NCBI GenBank assembly: GCA_035221665.1
Contig: CM069173.1
Span: forward strand, 7,688,001-7,752,000
DNA length: 64,000 nt
Origin: Okamejei kenojei
Lineage: Eukaryota
Direction: 5' to 3'
This document shows positions 25,849 to 37,653 of this stretch, one piece after another. A program made the translations under genes and the position numbers. The first letter of the stretch is position 1. Each line of letters starts with the position of its first letter. The notes under the pieces are model-generated. The model was given only the letters and a program-made list of their open reading frames with translations, was not told the DNA's origin and did no database searches.

Positions 25849-27387
25849 GGTATGTCCTTTGTTTGTCTGTAAACGAACCACTTGGTCTTGGATTAATGGC
25901 TTAAGTGGCTTACTGGTTTTGTCGTAGGCACGTTTCTGCGCGTCCTGGTTGGATTGTACGCGCGTTTGAATTACAGCAGGGCAGAGAACTTTAGGCTTAA
26001 TGTGACCCTGGGTCATGGGCAGTGGGGGTCTTGTCCGCCGGGACACCAGTCGTTGGGCTGGAGAGCCTAAAACACCGTCTCTGGCAATATTTCTCAGATT
26101 CACCAGGTCTAGGTAGATATCAGATTTTGCCAGGAAGGAACGTTCCATAAGTTGTTTACCATTGCGAACAGTACGTGCGGCAAGTCCATTGGACCGTGGG
26201 TACTCTGGGCTGCTGGTGACACGTTTAAAGTTCCAGAGTTTGGCAAAGTCTTTAAACATTTGGCTGGAGAATTGTGTCACTTTGTCAGTCTGAAGGCGGG
26301 CTGGAATGCCGTATACGGAGAAATGCTGTCGAAGTTCCAGGATGACTAATTCAGAGCAGATGGTTGGTAGAGAATCAATTTAAAACCAAATCGAGTACGA
26401 GTCCACCAACACGAGATAGTGTATCCCGTGCCAGTCGAAAATATCGGCGACCACGGACGACCATGCTAGTGGAGCCGGTTGGGAATGCAGCGGTTGTGTT
26501 TGCTGGTATGGCGCTTGCGTATTGCAGATGGCGCATTACTCCGTTTTTTCCAGAATGTACCTGGACATTCCGGGCCAGTAAATCATTTATTTGGCACGTT
26601 GTAGGGTGGCCTCCGCGCCAGGGTGACCACCGCGGATCTCCTCGTAGTGCGTAGGGGGGGGGGGGGGGTTGCCATTTACAATCAATCCGTCCTGCAGCAC
26701 AGGCTCATGATGTAGCAGAACGTAGGGTCTTAGTTCGGTGGGAGTGTTAGATTGTTTGTTTGGCCAGCCGCTTTTAATGACTGAAGTTAGCAGCTTGGAG
26801 GTTGTATCCATGGCAGTGTGTTCGGCGAGGCGGCGAAGGCGGTCAGTTGGAACTAACGAAACTTTAGAATGTAGAATTCCTCGCGTTCATAAGGATGTTG
26901 TTCGCTGGTGGCACGTGATGCCCGTGATAGAATGTCTGCAGTGTGCATGTCTTTACCTTTTTTGTAGACAATGCGGAAGTCGAACCGTTGGAGCTGCATC
27001 ATCATGCGTTGAAGCCTTGCTGGAGCAGCGTTGATCGGCTTGCTTAGTATAGTAACCGGAGGTTGATGATCAGTTTCTTGCGTGGAGATTTTGCCAAAAA
27101 TGAAGTCTTTGAATTTGGAGCAGGCAAAAACCAGGGCAAACAGCTCTTTTTCTATCTGGGCATAGCGCTGTTCGGTATCCGTTAGTGTTCTGGAAGCGTA
27201 GGATAGAGGCAAAACATCGCTGTCGAAAGAGGTCTGCAGGCATCCAGCGCCTAGTCCATACTGGGATGCGTCGCAGGTGATTGAAACCGGCAGGTTGAGG
27301 TTGAAGTAAGACTGCGTCGGTGCACTAACGAGCTGTAACTTTAAAGACTCGAAAGCTCGCTGGTGGTTTGGGTACCAGCACCAAGAG

Positions 27388-28819
27388 TTGTCCAGCTGGC
27401 ATCGGTCTTTACAGGCATTTTTAACCAGTCCCTACAAACATGTACTGTCCCTGTCTGCTTGAAAGTCTCCACTATTGTCCCTGTACCCAAGAAGGCAAGG
27501 GTTACTTCTCTTAATGACTACAAGCCTGTCGCACTGTCCTCTTTCGTCATGAAGACACTCGAAAGGCTTGTGCTGACCAAGCTGAAAACTATCACAGACC
27601 CCCTGCTGGAGCCTCTAAAGTTTGCATATCGGGCCAATAGATCTGTGGATGATGCAGTCAACCTGGGTTTGCACTTCATCCTACAGCACCTAGATCACCA
27701 GGGGACCTATGCGAGGATCTTGTTTGTTGATTTTACCTCTGCATTCAACACCATTGTGCCAGAGTTACTCCACTCTAAACTGTCCGTGTTGACTGTGCCT
27801 GAACCCCTCTGCCGGTGGATCACCAGCTTCCTGACAGACACATCTCGGACCCGCAAACGCTCAGCATAGGAGCACCGCAAGGCTGCGTACTCTCTCCTCT
27901 CCTCTACTCTCTCTACACCAATGTCTGCACCTCCACAGACACCTCTGTCAAGCTTCTCAAGTTTGCGGACGACACAACCCTGATTGGACCGATCCAGGAT
28001 GGGGAGGAATCTGCCTACAGACAGGAGGTGTCACAGATGGCGCCCTGGTACCATCGCAACAACCTAGAGCTCAATGCTCTTAAGACAGTGGAATTGATTG
28101 TAGACTTTAGCAGAGCTCTCCCTCCCCTCATCCCACTCACATCAACAACACCACAGTCATGTCTGTGGAGCCTTTTAAATTCCTTGGAACCATCATCTCC
28201 AAGGACCTTAAGTGGGGGGCGACCATCGACTCCACAGTCAAAAAGGCACAACAGAGATTGTACTTCCTACGGCAGCTGCGGAAGCACAATCTGCTACAAG
28301 CAATGATGGTCCAATTCTACACGGCCATTGTAGAGTCTGTGCTCACCTTCTCTATCATGGTCTGGTTTGGTTCAGCCAACAAGCACGACACCTGGAGGCT
28401 GCAGCAAATCGCCCGATCAGCAGAGAAGGTTATTGGCTGCAACCTCCCCTCCATTAATGAACTGTACACAGCAAGGGCCATGAAGCGAGCGGGCAAGATC
28501 ATCTCTGACCCCTCTCACCCTGGCCACAAACTCTTTGAATCACTTCCCTCTGTAAGGCGATTCTGGACTGTTAAAGCTGCCACAGCCAGACATAAAAACA
28601 GTTTTTATCCACGAGTAGTTACTCTACTCAACAGCCAAAAATCTATAGCGTCCCTTTGATCTGGTATTTTGTTCGTTCACTTGCTTGATCAATGGTGTTT
28701 TATTATTAATGTTTTATTACTATTAATGTTTAGTGTTTTCGGAGTCATCCGTAACTGTCGCTGTATGTCATGTTGTTACTTGTGGGTGGAGCACCAAGGC
28801 AAATTCCTTGTATGTGAAT
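27388..28819 (+). mobile_element. Rex1/Babar LINE, 5'-truncated, nested in Gypsy pol
   Basis: [68 protein letters not shown]. Confidence 0.92.
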
Positions 28820-29125
28820 NNNNNNNNNNNNNNNNNNNNNNNNNNNNNNNNNNNNNNNNNNNNNNNNNNNNNNNNNNNNNNNNNNNNNNNNNNNNNNNNN
28901 NNNNNNNNNNNNNNNNNNNNNNNNNNNNNNNNNNNNNNNNNNNNNNNNNNNNNNNNNNNNNNNNNNNNNNNNNNNNNNNNNNNNNNNNNNNNNNNNNNNN
29001 NNNNNNNNNNNNNNNNNNNNNNNNNNNNNNNNNNNNNNNNNNNNNNNNNNNNNNNNNNNNNNNNNNNNNNNNNNNNNNNNNNNNNNNNNNNNNNNNNNNN
29101 NNNNNNNNNNNNNNNNNNNNNNNNN
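28820..29125. other. Assembly gap (N)
   Basis: Run of n. Confidence 1.
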
Positions 29126-30950
29126 AGGGGGCTGAAAGTTCGGTGAGATTGGGGATGAACTTCCCCAGGTAGTTAACCATGGCTAGAAATCGTTGTAGGC
29201 TACTGACGTCAGTTGGTACGGGCAGCTCGTTGATTGCTGCAATCTTCAATAGATCTGGTTCTAATCCGTTGCTAGTGAACACGTGGCCTACGTAAGTGAC
29301 TTTGGGAACCCTGAACTTGCATTTAAGTGGGTTCAGCTTTAAGTTGATGTTTCCGGCACGGTCCAGTACTTTACGTAGTTTTGCATCATGCTCGGTGGCA
29401 TCGCGGCCATAAACCAGAATGTCGTCAACTATGAGGGCACAGGGGAATTCTGCAAACATTTGTTCCATTGCACGCTAGAAGACTTCGCTGGCAGTGTTGA
29501 TGCCAAAGGGCATTCTTAGGAACAGGTAACGTCCGAACGGGGTGGCGAATGTTGTTAATGCCGATGAAGCACGGTCTAACGGGATTTGCGAAAATGAGTT
29601 TTTGGCATCCAAAACTGAGAAAAACGTTGCGTTACCGATTTGTGCGGCAACGTCTTCGATGGTCCTCGTGGGAAACTGTTGGCGTTTGATTTCTGTATTC
29701 AAATCTTTAGGATTGATGCAGATACTTAACTCCTTTTTGTCTTTCTTCGTGGTGACAACGATGGTAGAAACCCAATCAGAGGGCTCGCTGACTTCGGCGA
29801 GGACACTGAAGGAGCCCATACGTTTAAGTTCATTATGTACTTGCTCACACATACCATGTGGGTCACTGTGAGTGCTACGTACGATCGGGGTGACTGCATG
29901 GTCGATAATTATCTTATATGTTGTAGGAAGTCTGCCGAGTTGCTTGTCAAACAAATCTTTATAGTTGGATAGTACCTGTTTTAGTGGTCCCTCTGTCAAA
30001 CAGAGTTTGTGAACAGCACACCCGAAATAGACCAAACCCAGGTCATGCCACGCATCGATGCCTAGCAGGGTTTCAGAACTTGGCTGAACGATGTAAAATA
30101 ACAAGTCCTTGGTCTGTTGATTGATGGTTCTTTTAAGGTCGGCTTTGCCCAGTAGGTGAAGAATTTCAAGCATGTAAAGTGGAGGAGTCTTTTCTCATGC
30201 GCTCAGTGGTTCTTTTCTTGTTGAACACTTTGAGTGACATGACGTTCACGCCGGTACCAGTATCGACCTTGGCGATCAGTGGTTTGTTATTCACTATCAT
30301 GGTCACAGCAGGATTAGTAACTTTGCCTGTGGTGCGCAGGTTTAGGGAAAGTGCGGCAGGTTCAGTATCTGAGCTATCAGAGTCGTTCCCGTGGAAAGAT
30401 TCGTCCGGTTCGTGAGAATCTGAATCTGACAGGTCTTGTTGAATCAGGTGCAGCTTTGACCCTTGGAGCTGTACTGCCCCTAGATCGACAATTAGCAAAG
30501 TCGTTGGGTTTTTTGCAATTATGATATACTTTCCCATGAGCGATGCAAAATTTGTGCCTCTTGGGGTGGAAATAGTTACAGTTTGTACACCTCGTGTTAG
30601 GCATGTTCTGAACCTTGCTGGATGCATTAAGAAATCTTTGCGGAGAGTAACTAGCCATATTCACATTTAATTGTTGATTAGCATTCGCGCTATCATAATC
30701 AGCCAGTGGTGCCACAGTCTCAGCCATCCGACAAGCATGAATAACCTGATCTAAAGTCAGGTTTGCATTTCGTAATAGTTCAGCTCGCAGCTTTCGGTCA
30801 CTCATTCCTCCCACAATTTTATCACGAACAAGATCCATCGTTATTTCACCAAACCTGCATCGAAAACGGATGAGTCACAGGTCGCTGATGAATCGTTCCA
30901 CCGGTTCATCGGGCTGTTGCACTCGGACAAAAAATATTATCCTCTCAAGG

Positions 30951-31488
30951 TATTAAAGAAGGAACTGCAGATGCTGGAGAATCGAGGGTACACAAAAGGC
31001 TGGAGAAACTCAGCGGGTGCAGCAGCATCGGAGGAGCGAAGGAGATAGGCGACGTTTCGGGTCGAGACCCTTCTTCAGACTGGTCAGGGATCGGGGAAAC
31101 GAGAGATATAGACTGTGATGTGGAGAGATAAAGAACAATGAATGAAAGAAGTGCAAAAATGTATCGATGATAAAGGGAACGAGCCATTGTAAGCTGTTTG
31201 TGGTGTGAAAATGAGAAGCTAGTGCGACTAGGGTGGGGGAGGGAGGAGAGAGAGAATGCCAGAGAGAGAGGGAAGGAGACAGCAAGGGTTAACAGAATTG
31301 AGAAAATTCAATGTTCAAGCCCAAAGGATGCAGACTCCCCAAGCGGAATATGACGTGCTGTTCCTCCAACTTGCGGTGTTGCTCACTCTGGCCGTGGAGG
31401 AGGCCCAGGACCGAGAGGTCGGATGCGGAATGGGAAGGGGAGTTGAAGTGCTGAGCCACCGGGAGGTCGACTTGGTTATTGCGGACCC
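30951..31488 (-). mobile_element. Penelope-like element 3' fragment nested in Gypsy gag
   Basis: PVAQHFNSPSH...LSVLGLLH...RKLEEQHVIFRLGSLHPLGLNIEF (GIY-YIG C-terminus). It interrupts gag codons NRIL|ERIIF with an AGG duplication. Confidence 0.88.
31051..31078 (-). ncRNA. Minimal hammerhead ribozyme core motif
   Basis: The minus strand reads CTGAAGA-A-GGGTC-TC-GACCC-GAAAC-GTC. Confidence 0.65.
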
Positions 31489-31894
31489 AGGATTCTATTA
31501 GACGGTAGGTCACACAGTTCTCTGAACTTTCTATGCTATACCATCGAGTTATCTAATGATTCTGCCGGCACCAATACCTGTCCATTCGCATCCAGTTGGG
31601 CAGGTGCAAATTCAAACGAGTCAGCGCGGATCATAGCCTCCGGACCCGCTAAATTCAACAGAAGCGAAGCCTTCAAAATCGTCGGCATTGTTGCGGTGAA
31701 CGATGCGCATATAATGAGAGTAATATTTCTCAAACATTCTCCATCGCTCGGCGATATCAGAATCAAACACAAGCGGGCTAGGCTTCCGATAAGAGCTAGC
31801 CATGTTCCCAATTCACACAGAAACACGAAATTAAAAACTGGTAAACTAAATAAATCGCGATAAACAGACGCGGGACGGATCCAATATGACACCA

Positions 31895-32097
31895 TGTAAA
31901 GAGCTCAAACTCACACGGGCTGAAACACAAGCATCTTTATTGTTCAGGTCATAACTACACAACAGGTCATCACACGTTCACACTGCTACTCGAACTGGCA
32001 AGCAGTGGGCAGGATCTTATACTATGAATGTTACAATTAGTCGGGGTTATAATTACTAAGTATACTAATTGGCTAGAATGCTATAGCCAATGCTACA
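31895..32097 (-). repeat. Gypsy 5' LTR, followed by a PBS (TGGTGTCATATTGG, 31881-31894)
   Basis: Its first ~115 bp are shared with the sequence from 23629; TGG immediately follows the terminal CA on the minus strand. Confidence 0.85.
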
Positions 32098-32102
32098 GTG
32101 GG

Positions 32103-32540
32103 ACTGTCATATGTTGATAGAATGCAGCGGCTGGGCTTGTGTTTGGGATCTTATTCAAACCTATAAGATTATTAAAAGTCTGGCCGCGCTAGAGGCAGGA
32201 AACATGTTATCGTTCTTTGGGGAATCCAGAATCTAGGGCCACAGTTTAAGAATAAGGAGTACGCCATTTACAACGTAGATGATGAAAAACCTTTCCACAC
32301 AGAGGGTTGTGAATTTGTGGAATGTTCTGCCTCAGATGGCAGTGGGGGCCAATTCTCTGGATGCATTCAAGAGAGAGCTGGATAGTGCTCGTAAAGATAG
32401 CAGAGCAAGGGATATGGGGAGAAGGCACGAACGGGGTACTGATTGTCGACGATCAGCCATGATCACAGTGAATGGCCGTGCTGGCTCGAAGGGTCGAATA
32501 GCGTACTCCAGCACCTATTGTCCATTGTCAATTGTATCCA
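32103..32540 (+). mobile_element. CR1 3' end (right part, split by Gypsy)
   Basis: TQRVVNLWNVLPQ..FKRELD, the CR1 3' UTR GATCAGCCATGATC..., and a (CTATTGT)-type tail. Confidence 0.88.
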
Positions 32541-33160
32541 CTCTTTTAAAGAAGCCAAAATCGATTGGTTTGCAGATGTCCACCAATTTCTCTCTTGCTG
32601 ACTCATTCGGCCCATCAAGGCTACTCCGCCATTCAATCACTGCTGATATATCTAACACCATTCTCCTGCCTTCTCCCCATAACCCCAGATACTCTTACTA
32701 GTCAAGAATCTATCTATCTCTGCCTCATAATTATCCACTGAATTGACCTCCGCAGCCTTCTGTGGTAAGTAATTCCACATCAATACATTATCAATGCATT
32801 GCGATGATTTCGCCCTAATATCTGGTATAACCGCACACGCGGTTCCGTCTGTTTTATTGACAAAAATTGCTTTAAACATAACATTTTGATCATGAGCATT
32901 CGTTACCGATATTTATTTCTGGTCAGTTAGCACGTTAATACATTATTTTTTCTTATCATTTTCTTCATGAAGTTCCAACAGTTGAAATAGATTAATGTCG
33001 CTGCTGTATCCGAATTGTATTCACTCCCAACTAGAAACGTCCATGTGATTTACATCATTTAGACCGCTGCACAATAACCATTCTATTTTGTTTTGAAGAG
33101 GAGCTCCAAGCGGAATCTAGGAACAAATTATTAACGGTTACATGTCATGTGAATTCAACG

Positions 33161-33251
33161 ATGGACAAAAGTGCTGGAGAAACTCAGTGGGTGCAGCAGC
33201 ATCTATGGAGCGAAGGAAATAGGCAACGTTTCGGGCCGAAACACTTCTTCA
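33161..33251 (-). mobile_element. ~91-bp Penelope-derived mini-element with a hammerhead core
   Basis: 10-bp direct repeat GAATTCAACG at 33151-60 and 33252-61. The minus strand reads CTGAAGAAGTGTTTCGGCCCGAAACGTTGCCTATTTCC...CTCCAGCACTTTTGTC. Confidence 0.8.
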
Positions 33252-35498
33252 GAATTCAACGTTGTGTGGGAAGACCAAAAGGAAGGTTGCAAATTGCATC
33301 GTAGCATGTGCTGATAAGTGGTCACGATGTCATAAGTGATAGGTGCAGAATTGGGCCATTCGGCCCATCAAGTCTAGTCCGCCATTCAAACATGGATGAT
33401 CCATCTCTCCCCTAAACCCATTCTCCTACCGTCTCCCCGTAACCCCTGACACTCGTACCAATCAAGAGTACATCTTGCCAAAATGCATGACTCTACATTT
33501 TGCTACTCCATATTCCACTTGCCACTTCTCTGCCCAATCCCAACCTTTCCTAGTCCTTATGCAAAGTCCCATCTTTCTCTACACTACACATGTATGTAGC
33601 ATGCTGCCGGAGGAGGTGGTTGCAGCAGGTACTTTGGCAAAGTTTACAAAATATTGCGACAGGTACATGGATAAGAATCGTTAAGAGGAATATGAGCCAA
33701 CCGTGGGCAGGTGTGGTCTGTATATGGGGTACGTTGGTCAACGTGGGCAGGTTGGGCCGGAGGACTTGTTTTCATGCTGTATGACACTAGGACTGTACCA
33801 AGATCGAAGAACAACGCGTCACCGTCTGCCTGGGCAACGCGCACATTTCTGGACTTAACAGCCGAGTCTTCAACTTCACTAAATCTCTCTTCCTCTTTAT
33901 TTTGATAACAATTCGGCAATCCGACGACCGTCTTGATTATATTGTCTCTCGTGATAACGTTCAAAACTTGAAATATCAATTCACAACATCGTTCGGGCCA
34001 GAGAAATATAATTTCCTGACCTATACAGTCCCTCTCAGAATTGAACATCTCCAGTCCTGGCAAAATCTTTATCATTATCTGTCACTCCCCATATTAATGG
34101 TAATATTGCCAATATATTACGATCTGAGCAACATTGCACGTGAACTACACTTATACCAAACTGAGTGCGACTCCTGCTGTGAAATAAGCCCGCACAATAA
34201 GCTGGCTGCGGGAAACAATATCCTACCATCCCCAATCAAATTGACTCGCATTAGTTGAAAGCAAATTTCTCATGAACAAGATGGAGAAAAGGCCAGGTGA
34301 GAGTTCGTAATATACAGTACCTGCCCCTCCCGTGAGGAAGAGTTACCGCTGCGTCCTTTCTAAATATTTACCATCTCATTTTAGAATCTTGCACTCTTAT
34401 AGAGACCTATATCCGAGGGACAATATAAAATACCTCCACTTTGTCATATTTTAACGCTCCATAACCCCTCGGGGTCTTGTTCGCTGCAGAGGGAAAAAGC
34501 TTCGGCATTATCCAATCCATCTCACAATTCACACCGTTCAATATTAGTACCATTCTTGTGAATAGATTTGCATAATACCTTGTTAAAATTAATCCTAATG
34601 AATTATTTCGAAAAAGAACATCCCTCTTCCTGTGCTGTACTGCTCTATGAAGATTTTTTTCTGTGAATTGCTTGATTTGCGTGCAGCAAACATGCCACTT
34701 CTTTCTTAGTTCAAGACTGCCTTCAGTATTTTCTATCCCCAAACATTTACAGCTGGTCAGACTCTCTTTAACCCATTCAATCGGTTCTATCATCTTGCAC
34801 ATCAACATTCTTGATATCTCCAACGGGTCAATGCATTGAGATGACTTCGCCCTAATACCTGGAATAACATCTAAAGCTGTTCACCTCTCTGTTTTATGAA
34901 TTAACACATTTCTTAATGAAACTTGTTGACCAAGAACATGTCTTGCCGATGTTTTTTTTCTGGGCAGTTGTTATGTAAAAAATAACACTTGCCTATTATT
35001 TACTTCATCAAATGCCAACAGTTTAAAGATATTAATGCTGCTATTGTTTCTGGGTTGCGTGCGATGTCGTCTAGAAGGTTCCCTATGATTTACATCATAT
35101 AGACCGCTGCCCAAATATGACTCTATTTTCTTTTCAAACGGAGCTTCACAGGAAATCCAGGATCAAATTATTAATGGAAGCATGTTAACGGTGTCTGGAA
35201 AATGCATTTCAAATGCTACAAATAAATTACTGTATTACATCGCAGCATGTGTGGATAAATGCTATATGACATGCATTTTGCTGCGTCTTCGTGCCACGCG
35301 TTTAAATTTAAAAATAGAATGTGCAGTTGTATTTTATTCCTTGTTCGGTTGGTGCGCAGCTGGTGCCTGAGTAGCAAGCGGTCGCATAATGAGTTTGAAC
35401 GCTTTGCATCACCTGGGAGCAACCTATTTGTTCACACGTTCCACAATGGATGTCCGCGGGGATGTGAACGCACGCTGTCCTTCACTTTTTTCTAGGAA

Positions 35499-35530
35499 TA
35501 TAAATATAGCGCGGTTTTACGTCTCACTTT
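35499..35530 (+). promoter_or_regulatory. TATA box plus initiator of the GPCR gene
   Basis: TATAAATA at 35499-35506 and a YYANWYY-matching TCACTTT at 35524-30 (A at 35526, 27 nt downstream); the ATG is at 35580. Confidence 0.6.
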
Positions 35531-35579
35531 GACTTCTGCAAGTGTCGCACTGCATAACTGGGGACGGCTTGAAGGGGAA

Positions 35580-35649
35580 ATGAGTTGGAAGAGGCACTTG
35601 ACCGTTGAAGATTATTATTATCCAATTCTAGCAGCAATCGGGGTGCCAG
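35580..35649 (+). CDS. GPR139/GPR142-like GPCR, exon 1 (MSWKRHLTVEDYYYPILAAIGVP)
   Basis: ATG in an AAAATG context, phase-1 donor G|GTAGGT at 35650; joins in frame to exon 2 to complete TM1 (YYPILAAIGVP-VNLLAIVIL). Confidence 0.85.
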
Positions 35650-36304
35650 GTAGGTCAATGGGACGCTGTATGTGGGACTGACATGTGGGATGCTTTGTTG
35701 ATAAAGACAACGTTGAGATTGTCATTATCTGGAAACTTGTCGAAGCCGAATTTGACCGGAGGTTCGTGAGTGTATAGGGTGTCGTCGGGGAAGGAGAAGA
35801 CATCTTTATGGGGCACCGTTGTTCAGAATTATTGTTGAAGGGGTGTTAGCACTAATGCTCACTGATTAAGGTATGTTAATCGGAAAGTCGAGTATCCAAT
35901 CGCAAGGATGTAGGCTGATCGCTGGGCTCGGGAGATTATCAATGGGTTCGGATGGGAGTAGTGTTGAAGGCAAGTGCTTCAGCGGAGAAATGCGAATCTA
36001 ACGTTCGAATCCCTGTTGCCTGGCTGTTCCAAAGAAGGGTTTAGGTCTAGGACGATGGCGTCTGCTGCGGACCTGTTGCTGCAGTCTATGGTGCATCAAG
36101 GGAGACTGTGAGACAGCTCACTCTGCCTACGTATGCCGCTGCTAGCTAATCCGCACAGCTCCTTATCACGCACCCAGGGATTGCATGTGTCAGTGGGCCA
36201 GTTGTTTACGAAAAAGTAAACAGATCGTATCCAAAATGTACCCCCAAATTAGCATCGCGTTTCGCTTCCATATAACGAGAGTTGCCTCTTTTCTACACCC
36301 CTAG

Positions 36305-37218
36305 TGAACTTGCTGGCCATTGTGATCCTGTCCCGCAGAAATTGTGGTCTCTCCAAATGCACCACTCGTTACCTGGTGGCCATGGCGACGGCGGACCTCT
36401 CCGTGATCGTCGGCGAAGTGATATTACATCGGATTGCCGACATTTACTGGTGGAGAACATTCTTCTTCCACAATACTGTGTGCAGGTTCATTATGTTCCT
36501 CGCTCCCGCGGCCGTAGCTTGTTCGGTTTGGCTCACGGTCGCTTTTACATTTGATCGCTTTGTGGCCATTTCCACTCAGAATCTGAGAACCAGATACTGC
36601 ACCGAGAGAACCGCGGTGGTGGTTATAGTGACCCTATCTGCGTTCTTCTGTTTGCAGAACGCGCCCTGGCCTTTTGCGTACACTTATACTCTCAGGGATA
36701 AGCAGGGTATACTGTGGGGTTGTCGAATACGATTTCAATTTTATAGCCTCCCCTTGTGGGTAGCATTTTCCTGGGGTCAACAGCTGATAATCACAGTCAT
36801 TCCGTTTTGTTTGATTATGCTGATTAATGTACTCACTGTCAGACGCATTTTAGTGGCCAGTCGTGTCCGCAGTAAACTCCGCGATCTCAGGAGTGAGGAC
36901 CCAGAGATTGCAAACCGCAGACGATCCATAATTTTACTCCTTGCAATCTCCAGCAGCTTTATGTTGCTTTGGGGCACAACTGTAGCATATTTCGTGATCT
37001 ATCGAATTACGAATGGATTTCGGTACAAGGGGTTGAAGAACCTACATGCAATATTTGAACAAACTGGAATTATGCTACAACTGTTGAACACCTGCACAAA
37101 CACGCTCATTTACACCGTGACCCAGAGGAGGTTCAGAGAACAGCTGCTCCAGGCACTCAAATACCCATTCAGCCTAACTGTAAGTTTATTAAAATCGAAT
37201 AAACCTGGTGTAAAATAA
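36305..37218 (+). CDS. GPR139/GPR142-like rhodopsin-class GPCR, exon 2 (total ~327 aa, intact)
   Basis: Polypyrimidine tract plus TAG acceptor at 36302-04. YLVAMATADL (TM2), C in TM3, SVWLTVAFTFDRFVAI, YCTERTA, IPFCLIMLINVLT (TM5), RRRSIILL, NTCTNTLIY (TM7); TAA at 37216-18. Confidence 0.92.
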
Positions 37219-37647
37219 CATTTCAATACCAATCCCGTCGTTAGTGCAAAAGCTAGGTAATGACGGAGTTGTCTCTGAAATCTTTCTGCATCAAATTTCA
37301 AAAAATAGCTTAGAAATACTATCGAAATCTGACCGTGTCCCCGGCACTGGAATGCATATGTTGCCATCTATTTAACATGGGAGACGGGCAAATTGTTCAA
37401 TTACTCAGCGGCGAGAGCGGTCACGGGGAACCGTGCGCTATGTTGCACTGGAACAGACATTCCATGTCTCCGGATTTGAGCCTCACCTAACTGTTTCCAC
37501 CGTCCTTTGAATCCAACAGCAACGGCTCCAGCACGCAAATGAAATAAGACATAGAGTTATGGTGCTAAACATTTCATCCTCCATTCTCTTCTCATCTTTG
37601 AGACGTTCCATGATTCGTATGTAAATGTCCACTGCACAAACCTGTTT

Positions 37648-37653
37648 AATAAA
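37648..37653 (+). promoter_or_regulatory. Candidate polyadenylation signal (a second one at 37755-60)
   Basis: AATAAA 430 nt after the stop codon. Confidence 0.45.

Larger units (their letters stand above)
23629..32097 (-). mobile_element. Ty3/Gypsy LTR retrotransposon (Mag/K02A2.6-like) with three nested insertions
   Basis: TG...CA ends with a 5-bp TSD GTGGG (23624-28, 32098-102). Gag from ATG 31803, protease KVDTG (~30260), RT LDAKNSF/RMPFG/IVDDIL (29126-29950), RNase H YAQIEKE/TDHQP/ADILSR (26853-27385), integrase TSSPEYPRSNGLA (25861-26700). Confidence 0.93.

Noticed and set aside
25663-26280. 205-aa integrase-L1 fusion ORF
   Set aside because: Chance in-frame read-through across the L1 insertion junction (TSD at 25849-60).
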